A stretch of DNA of 64,000 nt from Candidatus Latescibacterota bacterium (GTDB lineage: Bacteria > Krumholzibacteriota > Krumholzibacteriia > WVZY01): positions 192,001 to 256,000 of the forward strand of contig CAWBQK010000009.1 in assembly GCA_963791045.1 (NCBI GenBank), read 5' to 3'. How positions within the stretch are numbered: the first letter of the stretch is position 1; each line of letters opens with the position of its first letter. The translations under genes were made by a program, and so were the position numbers. Of the stretch, positions 32,767 to 42,163 are shown in pieces. The notes beneath the pieces are model-generated. The model saw only the letters and a list, made by a program, of their open reading frames with translations. It was not told the origin of the DNA and searched no databases.

Positions 32767-35145
32767 ATGAACGAGCGCGTCAACCGCTTGAGACAGGAAA
32801 GTTACGAGACGCCGGTGACGATATCCGCCGAACGCGCGGAGCTTGTCACGGATTTCTACCGCGAGAATATCGGCAAGCATTCGACGCCGGTTACACGCGC
32901 GCTTGCGTTCGAACACCTCTGCCGTCACAAGACCATTCATATCGGCGACGACGAACTCATCGTCGGCGAGCGCGGCCCGCGGCCAAAGGCCGTCTCGACC
33001 TATCCCGAGCTGACCTGCCACAGCGAAGAGGATCTGCGCATTCTCGACAGCCGCGCCCGATGACGCCGTATACGCGTCGCCGAGGACGACCTCGCCGTTT
33101 ACCGAGACAAGGTCATCCCCTTCTGGCGCGGACGCACGATGCGCGAGCGGATCTTCGAGGGGCTCTCCGACGAGTGGCAGGCCGCCTACGAGGCGGGAAT
33201 TTTCACCGAGTTCATGGAACAGCGGGCGCCGGGGCACACCACGCTCGACGGCAAGTTCTATTCAAAGGGGCTCCTCGATTTCAAACAGGACATCGACGAA
33301 CGCGCATCGACCGGCTCGACTTCAGGCGCGATCCGGACGCCGCGCGGCAAGCGCGAGCAGCTCCGGGCGATGGCGATCGCGTGCGACGCGGTGATCCTCT
33401 TCGCCGAGCGTCACGCGGACCTGGCCGACGAGATGGCCGCCGCCGAAACCGAGCCGCAGCGACGGGGCGAGCTCGAACGGATTGCCGCCAACTGCCGCCG
33501 GGTGCCCGCGCATCGCCCCGCGCGATTTCTGGGAAGCGCTGCAGATGTACTGGTTCATGCACCTCGGGACGATCACCGAACTCAACGGCTGGGACGCGAT
33601 GAACCCCGGCCACCTCGACCGGTATTTCTATCCGTTCTACAAGCGCGACCTCGAGGCAGGGCGTCCTGACCGCGAGACGGCGCCAGGGAGCTGCTCGGGT
33701 GCTTCTGGATCAAGTTCAACAACCATCCGGCCCCGCCCAAGGTCGGCGTCACGGCGGAGGAGAGCGGCACCTACAACGACTTCACCAACATCAATCTCGG
33801 CGGCGTGCTGCCCGACGGCAGCGACGGCGTCAACGAGCTCTCCTACCTGATGCTCGAGGTGATGGACGAGATCCATCTGCTCCAGCCGCAGGGCAACATC
33901 CAGCTCAGCCGCAAGAACGCGGATCGGTTTCTTCAAGGCGGCCTGCCGGGTGATCCGGAACGGGCTACGGTTATCCGTCGGTGTTCAACGCCGACGGCGT
34001 TGTCGAACAGATGGTCCGCTGCGGCAAGACGCATCGAGGACGCCCGCGAGGGCGGCACGAGCGGGTGCGTGGAGACGGGCGCCTTCGGCAAGGAAGCGTA
34101 CATCCTCACCGGGTATCTCAACACGCCGAAGATCCTCGAGATCACGCTCAACAACGGCGTCGATCCGCGCACCGGCAAACGGATCGGCATCGAGACGGGC
34201 GACCCGCGCGATTTCGAATCGTTCGACGAACTGTTCGAGGCGTTCGAACGGCAGCTCAACCACTTCGTCGACATCAAGGTCGCGGGCAACCAGTTCATCG
34301 AACAGCATGTACGCCGCGGACATGCCGGCGGTGTTCCTGTCGGTGCTGATCGACGACTGCATCGAGAAGGGCAGGGACTACAACGACGGCGGGCCCGCGG
34401 TACAACACCAGCTATATCCAGTGCGTCGGGATCGGCGACCATCACCGACAGCCTCTCCGCAATTCGCAAGCATGTGTTCGAGGACGCGACCATCGGCATG
34501 GCCGAGCTGCTCGACGCCCTCGACGGCGACTTTGACGACGCGGAGGCGCTGCGGCTTGAGGCTCGTCAACAAGACGCCGCGCTACGGAAACGACGACGAC
34601 TATGCCGACGCGCATCATGATGCGGGTCTTCGACGCACTGCACGACGCGATCGACGGCCGGCCCAACACCAAGGGCGGCGAGTACCACGTCGACATGCTG
34701 CCCACCACCTGCCACATCTATTTCGGCTCGGTGCTCGGCGCATCGGCCGACGGCCGCAAGGCCGGCACGCCGGTGTCCGAGGGGATCTCGCCGGTCCAGG
34801 GCGCCGACCGTCAACGGGCCCACGGCCGTCATCAAATCGGCCGCCAAGATGGATCAACTGCGCACGGGCGGCACGCTGCTCAATATGAAGTTCCTGCCGA
34901 GCGTGCTGGAGAGCGACGACGGGATCGACAAGCTCGCGCAGCTCGTTCGGACCTATTTCCGTCTCGACGGGCACCACGTCCAGTTCAACGTGGTCGATGC
35001 GGACACGCTCCGCGGGCGCAGGAACACCCCGAGGACTACCGCGACCTGATCGTCCGCGTCGCCGGCTACAGCGACTACTTCTGCGATCTGGGCCGGGAAC
35101 TCCAGGACGAGATCATCGACGCGGACCGAGCACCAGTCGTTTTGA
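32767..35145 (+). CDS. hypD: Glycyl-radical enzyme, trans-4-hydroxy-L-proline dehydratase (many frameshifts)
   Basis: HypD-type motifs 'EFMEQRAPGH', 'WDAMNPG', 'ESGTYNDF', 'SGCVE', 'EAYILTGY', 'LPTTCH', 'RVAGY'. Confidence 0.85.
34958..35145 (+). repeat. Direct repeat copy 1 (3' end of hypD)
   Basis: Aligns with 37774-37961. Confidence 0.92.
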
Positions 35146-35249
35146 TGCCGGCTCGAAGCGGGGGCACGAAGGACCCGTATCGTCGAATTTTGCAGCATCT
35201 AGTGGATCAGGATTGGGGGCGCTGACCAAGGAAGTGACTCGAAGAACGA

Positions 35250-36108
35250 TTATTTCTTGTAGAGATTCTTAATCGCACCCCATGTTTTGGGCTCGGCCTT
35301 CACTGTAGCGCAACCAACGGGAAGCGCGCCGATGAGGATCCCCGCTGGGGAGATTCCCGGTGCGCACGGGGAGTCGCTCTGCAGATAGAGGTTCCCCGCT
35401 GAGGGACCACAGAATTGAGGATACTGGGAGAAATTGATTTCTGGAAGACAAGAGTCCGAAAGGTCCAATAGATCATTAAAGAAACCACCGATGCACGCTC
35501 CGGCGTTCCTATCCCAAATGATGTTAAACTCGCAATTCAGTCCTCCCGACATATCCACACGGCTGTTTCCAAACAACGTGTTGTTTCGGAGCCACGCATC
35601 GGAGTTTAAATCTGCGCCGACCCCAACCCCATTGCCAGTAATCACGTTATTCGTCACGATAATAGTGGTGCATCCAAAGAGCAAAATCCCGAGGGCCTGA
35701 GATTCATACCAGCTATCGGGACACCAAACAAATCCCTCGATCCAGAAACCCGTGATTTCCGTAGGACCCAGATCGATACCGTAGCAATAAAACGCGCACA
35801 TCGGATTGGTCGACGGGACTGGGACGATTTTCGTTTGAAACGGCCCGGACTCCGAAATCACACTGATCCCACCCTTCATCAAAATGTATGGGGCAATCTC
35901 ATAAGTCCCCGCGGCCACGAGTACGACGTCCCCAGCGACGGCGCTATCCACCCCCGCCTGGATAGTCGGGGCGTCTCCCGTGCCGTCGGGCTACGATGTA
36001 CCAGGTGCGCGCCGAGGACGACGCTACCCATAGCCCAAGGATTAACACGGCAATCCAACCCACCCGCATCACCGTTCGTTTCGAGGCCTCACCAACCGCA
36101 TTATTCAT
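35250..36108 (-). CDS. Secreted right-handed beta-helix protein, paralogue A (frameshifted 5' end)
   Basis: 'DGTGDAPTIQAGVDSAVAGDVVLVAAGTY', 'PQFC', 'LQSDSPC', C-terminal 'TWGAIKNLY'. Confidence 0.78.
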
Positions 36109-36373
36109 CTCGCACCCCCTTTGAGTCTTCTTTGCATGCTTTACTCACTTCCACCCGTTGGCAGTTCGATAATCGTCAAACGAGCAGGCCTTCCGTCCCC
36201 AAAAGCGTCCTCCCGAATTCGAAACTCACGAATAGTCTCCACTTATTCTTAAGTGGCAACGATATGTCTGATTCTAGTTGACAAATCAGGGGGAATTTGA
36301 AAATCAGCGGGTCAGTTGTTCCAAATCGATATTGCTGATCGAATGCGGCAATACGCTGGGGAAACCAGAGCCG

Positions 36374-37234
36374 CTATTCCCTGTAAAGATCCTTGATCGC
36401 ACCCCATGTTTTGGTCTCGGCCTTCACCGTGGCGCACCCAACGGGCAGCGCGCCAATGAGGCCATTCTCAGAAACAGGCGAATTCCCCGGCGCGCACGGG
36501 GAATCGCTCTGGAGATAATAGTTCCCTGCCGATGGACCACAGAACTGCGGATCCGCTGAAAGGCTGGCATATGGATTACAAGCATCGGACAAGTCCAATA
36601 CATTGTTAAAGAAACCACCCACACATCCACCTTCGCTTACCCTGTCCCAAATAATATTGAACCTACAGTCCAACGATCCACGCATTAGCACGCGTCCATT
36701 TCCAATCACCGTGTTGTTGTTGAACGAAGATCCGGAATTCCAATCCTCTTGGATCCCAATCGCGTTTCCGGTAATCACATTGTGAGTCACAGTCAGGCCT
36801 GTGCACCCGAATATCATCATCCCGTTCCCCAATTCATACCAGCCATCAGCAGTTTCAACAAATCCTTCGATCCAGAATCCCGAGACTTCCGTGGGCACCG
36901 TGATTCCGTTGAAATAAAACGACGTCATCGGGTTGGTCGACGGATCGGGAACGACTTTTGTCTGCATCGGCCCCGACTCAGACGTTACTGTAATTCCTCC
37001 CTTCATTGCTATCATCGACACGATTTGGTAAGTCCCCGCGGCCACGAGTACGACGTCACCAGCGACGGCGCTATCCACCCCCGCCTGGATCGTCGGGGCG
37101 TCTCCCGTGCCGTCGGGCACTATGTACCAGGTGCGAGCCGAGGGCGACGCCACCCACAGGCCGATGATCAACAAAGCAATCCAACCAAACAGCATCACCG
37201 TTCGTTTCGAGGCCTCACCAACCGCATTTTTCAT
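36374..37234 (-). CDS. Secreted right-handed beta-helix protein, paralogue B
   Basis: Same motifs as paralogue A; signal peptide; 'TWGAIKDLY'. Confidence 0.8.
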   Translation of the reverse strand: MKNAVGEASKRTVMLFGWIALLIIGLWVASPSARTWYIVPDGTGDAPTIQAGVDSAVAGDVVLVAAGTYQIVSMIAMKGGITVTSESGPMQTKVVPDPSTNPMTSFYFNGITVPTEVSGFWIEGFVETADGWYELGNGMMIFGCTGLTVTHNVITGNAIGIQEDWNSGSSFNNNTVIGNGRVLMRGSLDCRFNIIWDRVSEGGCVGGFFNNVLDLSDACNPYASLSADPQFCGPSAGNYYLQSDSPCAPGNSPVSENGLIGALPVGCATVKAETKTWGAIKDLYRE

Positions 37235-37515
37235 CTCGCACCCCCTTGAGTCTTCTTTGCACAACTTACTCGCTCCCGCCCGCTGGTAGTTCGATAATCG
37301 TCAAACGGGCAGGCTTTCCGTCCCCAAACGCGTCCTCCCGAATCCGGAACACACCGTCGCGAGCCCGGACGAAGCCGACCACAAGGGACGGAGTCGCAAT
37401 CTCTTGTAATATATTATATCGCATAATTTCAGTTATGTCCACCAAGACGGGCCGGTTGTCCCAGCGACTAGGTAAACACAAGCTTACCACAAATTCGGGC
37501 CACCTAACAATTAAC

Positions 37516-37537
37516 TAATGAGAAAAACTTCTCATTA
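37516..37537. promoter_or_regulatory. AT-rich palindrome (Fur/PerR-like box)
   Basis: TAATGAGAA-aaac-TTCTCATTA. Confidence 0.45.
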
Positions 37538-37717
37538 ACGGGGAGGCGCGACTTTTTGGCGCAAGGGATTGGCAAAAACGATCTATCCTGTTGTTATAGA
37601 GATAGATACATCATGATGAATGGCTGGTACGGTATCAGGTTTTGGCAGTTTTTGTGCCGACGAAGGATTCTTCAATCGAAGTAACCGTCATTATGGCCGA
37701 AGATAACGAGGATCTTG

Positions 37718-37961
37718 ATGATATTGATCGCCATACTGTCTCGACAAATATGGCGAGCGTTTCACTCCCCACATCCGTCTCGACGGCCACCACGTCCAGT
37801 TCAACGTGGTCGACGCGGACACGCTCCGGCGGGCGCAGGAACGCCCCGACGAGTACCGGGACCTCATCGTCCGTGTCGCCGGATACAGCGATTACTTCTG
37901 TGATCTGGGGCGGGAACTCCAGGACGAGATCATAGGGCGCACCGAGTACAAAACATTCTAA
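37718..37961 (+). other. Stand-alone glycyl-radical domain, a second copy of the hypD C-terminus; GrcA-like CDS if one indel is corrected, otherwise a gene remnant
   Basis: 37776-37961 reads [61 protein letters not shown]; absent from the ORF track because it has no in-frame start. Confidence 0.75.
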
Positions 37962-38010
37962 CTAATTGTCCAACAGCACGTTATACTGCGAGGTCGCAAG
38001 CTCTTCGCGC

Positions 38011-38640
38011 CTAGTCGGCGACGACCAGTTTGACGAGTTTGTCGCGTTTGACGATCGATTTCTCGCCAAGCCAGACTTCCCAGAGGACGGTCGCAAGTCC
38101 CACACTGACGATCGGCTCCTGTTCCACGCCTTTTACGGTCGTGAGGAGGACCCCGCCGGGAAGCCAGCGGAAAACGTACTGATCGTTCTCTTCAACATCC
38201 TCTTCAAAATATGTGAGAAATCCGTCGAAAAGAGTTTGTATCTCGACGCGCTCTTCGTCTGAAGCGCTTTTGTTGAATCCGTCGCTGAACGCCTTCTGTA
38301 TCTTCTTGGCCTCGACGCCGCGGGCGAAATCGAGAACGAGCTGCTTGGCGTATTTGTCGTCTAAAACCGCCTCGAATGCCGCGTCCTTGTCATCGAAAAC
38401 GGCCGAGTGCTCGGCGTCCAGGTAGTGGGCCACACCGTACACCTTGAAGACCGCTTTCTTGCGCGCGGCGACACCGGTCAGGTTCAGAGTGTACTCTCCA
38501 CCGTCATGTTCGAACGCCACCGTGACGGGAAAGAACTTCCCCGTGGCCGTTTCCTCGACGGTGTCCTCGGGTCCCGCCGACACGGGCAGACAAAACGCGG
38601 CGACCGTCAATACGAACACAAAAAATAGCGTGGATTTCAT
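38011..38640 (-). CDS. Chalcone isomerase-like family protein (exported)
   Basis: 'LNLTGVAARKKAVFKVYGVAHY', 'LWEVWLGEK'. Confidence 0.82.
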   Translation of the reverse strand: MKSTLFFVFVLTVAAFCLPVSAGPEDTVEETATGKFFPVTVAFEHDGGEYTLNLTGVAARKKAVFKVYGVAHYLDAEHSAVFDDKDAAFEAVLDDKYAKQLVLDFARGVEAKKIQKAFSDGFNKSASDEERVEIQTLFDGFLTYFEEDVEENDQYVFRWLPGGVLLTTVKGVEQEPIVSVGLATVLWEVWLGEKSIVKRDKLVKLVVAD

Positions 38641-38812
38641 GGTGAACCCCTCCGTGTGTATCAGCCGTGGGCCAGGAACCGTTTCCACCAGAAGAATGGC
38701 ACACGCGCGCCCCGGGCGTCAACTCGCGTAACGCCCCGAGGATGGTTTGCCAGAAAACGCGACTGTGATACAATGAATCTCTTCGCTTCACGCCGAACAA
38801 AGGATTTGCGGG

Positions 38813-40811
38813 TTGTCAAAAAATCGCCTGATAATTGCCGTCATTGTTGTCGTCGTCATCGCCGCCGTGTTCGCCATTCTCAAAACGGGTGTGTTCGGCC
38901 CTTCGGCGCAGACGTTTCATTTCGAGTCCATGGACGACTTTCTCGGCGCGAAACGCGGCGCTGCGGATGACGACCACCAGGTCGTTATGATCGGTCTCGA
39001 TGGCGCGTCGTGGACGATTATCGATTCGATGATTGCCGATGGAAAACTCCCTACAATAGAACGGCTCAAACGCGAGGGCGCATCGGGGATCCTGCGCTCC
39101 GTGGACTGCTATTTCACGCCGCCCGCGTGGACATCGATGTTGACCGGGTTTCTTCCCCAGCACACCGGTGTTTACACATTTGGCAAGTGGAGCACGGGAA
39201 AACGGCGATTCGACGCCGTCTCCGTCCTCGATGTCGAGGTTCCCTTTGTGTGGGACGTCGCGTCGGCGGCCGGCCGGCGGGTGGGGGTCACCAACGTTCC
39301 GGTGACGTACCCCACGTACTCGGTGAACGGGATCATGGTGGGCGGACTCATGTCGCCCCTCGTCTATGACAACTGGAAGGACCCGCGCACGGTGAGTTTC
39401 CGCAAGTGGAGCGGAACCGCCGGTGTGCCCAATGACCGCCGCACGTTCTCCACGCCGCTCGTGGCGAAGGCCGCCGCACACTCGGCGCCGATTCTGTTTG
39501 TGCTCTACGACACCACGGACGACCGCACGGAAAACTACGACACGGTCGCGATGAGGGTCTACCGCCCCGGTGTCGTCGACTTCGGGCTGAACGTACAGCC
39601 GGCGATCTTCCCCCTCGGCGAGTATTCGCCGTGGGTTTCATTCGAGTGCCGCAAAGAGAGGCGAGGCGCGACGGAAACGGTTCTTGGCTGTGTCCAGGTC
39701 GAGCTTGCCGCTCCTGTACCGAGCCGCCCGGGACGGAAGGGGACGCTCTATTTCGCGCCGTTCCACCGCCTGCCGACCGATCCAAAACTCGCGCTCACCT
39801 ACCCCGTATCCCTCGCCGCGGACATCGAGAAACGTTTTGGCAAATACATCATATCGCTCGGATCGCATGCCGACCTCGTCGCCGACCAGATGGGCACGCT
39901 CACCGGGTTTGCCGATTATTTTTATGACTTCAGTGACTGGGATCTTTTTCTCTATGTGTTCCAGGCGCCGGACAACGTCCAGCACCGCGTGGGTTTCGGG
40001 GATGAAGCGGAACGGGTCTATCAAAGCCTCGATGATTTCCTCGCCCGGCTGATCGACCGCCTGCGCGAGGATGTGACGCTTGTCATCACATCAGACCATG
40101 GGTTTGCCGACTACGATTACATCATCGACTTCAATTACTTCCTCGAGACCATCGGTCTCATCCCCAACGCGAACCGGGTCAATTTCAAAACGGCGTTCGC
40201 GTTTGCCAATGAGTGGTGCCTGTATTTCAATGACGACCTCCTCACTACCGAAGAGCTGGCCGGTGTGGGGATCGAAGTCCCCTCCGGCTCAACACCGCGC
40301 GCGACACTCATCAATTATATAAGAGAACGCGCCGCGCAGATCACACACCCCGACACGGGACAGCCGATGCCCATCGAGCTCATCGACATCCCACAGGATG
40401 GGCAGGGTGTGCCGCCCGACATGGTCATCACCGGCACGTACTCCAACTATCTTGTCGAGGGCAACGACATCGAAATGAAATCGCGCCAGGTCGTCCGCGA
40501 CGCCCCCGCGTACCCGTATCACCACCGCGACGGTGTGTATCTCTTCTGGGGACCGAGGATCGCGGCGGGCTCTTACGCGGGAGTGACCAACATAGAGAAC
40601 ATCGCCCCGACGATGCTCTACCTCATGGGGCTTCCTCTCGACCCATCGATGGACGGATCGGTCATCAGTGAAATCATCAAGCCGGAATTCGCCGGTGACC
40701 CGCCGTTCACAATCGACGACTACAAAACTCTCCGACCGTCCATAACCTAACGATGAAGAGGATCGCGAAGGGCTCGAGGAGATGCTGCGGAGCATCGGTT
40801 ACATTCAGTGA
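38813..40811 (+). CDS. Alkaline phosphatase superfamily / type I phosphodiesterase-nucleotide pyrophosphatase (frameshift near the 3' end)
   Basis: 'IGLDGASW', 'TPPAWTSMLTG', 'SDHGF', 'IAPTMLYLMG'; tail 'LRSIGYIQ*' in a shifted frame. Confidence 0.85.
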
Positions 40812-41045
40812 TCGGTCGCGGCAAGTTTCGAAGACCGTGATCACTCGCCGGGTTGATAGCTTTCGTCCGATCCGTGTAACCTCGAAGACCCCGCCTCGTC
40901 TCATCGGATAAGCAAGTCACAACAGCACATTCTCGGGACGCTACGTGTTCCGAAAAATGAATCCACAGGCGCGGAGCCCCGGCCTCGTTATGTCTTGCAT
41001 AAGAGGTATGATTTGATAGGGTTATAAGCGAGAGGAAGATCTGAT

Positions 41046-41354
41046 ATGCAACGAACTCTGTTGATTCTGACAGTGTTGGCATTCGCCATGACGCTCGGAG
41101 TGTTACCGGCATCGGCGGATAACGACGGGCGTGATCATTCTTTCAGTTGGTTTCGTGATGCCGACGGTGACGGCATTCCCAACTGCCTCGACGAGGATTG
41201 GGTCCGGCCCGAGAATGGCATGGGCTATATGCCGCGGCACGGCTTCGGAACGTTATTCCCCGTGACGATGACGGCGGGTGGCGGCAAAGTCCAACATAAG
41301 CACCATCTGCAGTATCAGCAGCGCAAAAAGAAGCCCGCTACGATAACCCCGTAG
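41046..41354 (+). CDS. Small exported protein with a DxDxDG (Ca-binding-like) motif
   Basis: GAGG RBS; signal peptide; 'FRDADGDGIPNCLDED'. Confidence 0.65.
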   Translation: MQRTLLILTVLAFAMTLGVLPASADNDGRDHSFSWFRDADGDGIPNCLDEDWVRPENGMGYMPRHGFGTLFPVTMTAGGGKVQHKHHLQYQQRKKKPATITP

Positions 41355-41407
41355 CGGACACAAGAGCCGGACAGCGAAGGCTCAGCCGGTTGTTTGAAAA
41401 AGAAGCG

Positions 41408-41454
41408 AAGCCCTCGGCGTCGCCGCAACAGCGGCACGCCGAGGGCTTTTTTTT
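41408..41454 (+). terminator. Intrinsic terminator
   Basis: Long stem AAGCCCTCGGCGT...ACGCCGAGGGCTT followed by T8. Confidence 0.85.
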
Positions 41455-41489
41455 CTCCGGCATGAACCTGAATGGAGTACCTGTTACAT

Positions 41490-42145
41490 TCAATGACCGG
41501 ATGCCGCCATTTCGAGGATGCTGAATCACCGGCGCTGCGTCGGCCAGTTCGACAAGCGTTTCACCTACCAGATCAGTCTCAACGGTTTCCGAAGGACAGT
41601 AAACAACCATCCAGCCGCGCCGCGTGTCATCGGTGACTTTGACGCGTTCGTTCCCCGTAATAGGCGTGTCGAGCGGTCCCTGCGCGTCGCAAAGAAGCGG
41701 CTTTCCCTCGAGATTGATCGGCCCGCGGAGTGAGATGTAGCTTTCGCCGGGCGCACCCGCGCGAAAGGCATAGGGTGGCTCGAACGTTCCCTCGGCCATC
41801 ACGCAGCACGGGACTGCGAGCTCGGCGGACGAGACAGTTGTTGATATCGACAAAGGGATGGATCAAAGGAAGGTCTTCGCCTTTGACGAGACGCCGGAGA
41901 AGCGCCTCGGATGACGGCCGGTAACGAGTCGGATCGGTTCCCGCCCGGCGGAAGAGCTTTCGAAGCGCCGTGACCGTGGGATCGTCGGTAAGCGCGCTTC
42001 CCTCGTAACGGGCGCGGACACGCCGCGCAACATCGTCGAGAAGATGCGGGAGCTGGTCCTGGCCGGCGTCGGTCAGTTCAACGTCGGCCCAGAAAAGCAT
42101 CCAGCCCTCGAGTTCAAAGCGAACATCAAACGAAGGTGTTTTCAT
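41490..42145 (-). CDS. Stand-alone B3/4 (PheRS beta editing-like) domain protein (frameshifts; 3' end approximate)
   Basis: 'GTDPTRYRPSSEALLRR', 'VDINN', 'LLCDAQGP'. Confidence 0.82.
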
Positions 42146-42163
42146 TGTGGAACCTCAACCGTG

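Noticed and set aside
35250-37264. Paralogue pair as a diversity-generating retroelement TR/VR
   Set aside because: Differences are not adenine-specific, include indels, and no reverse transcriptase is present
37266-37490. 74-aa ORF upstream of paralogue B
   Set aside because: No RBS or motif, and the duplicated copy near 36140-36220 is partial; more likely non-coding
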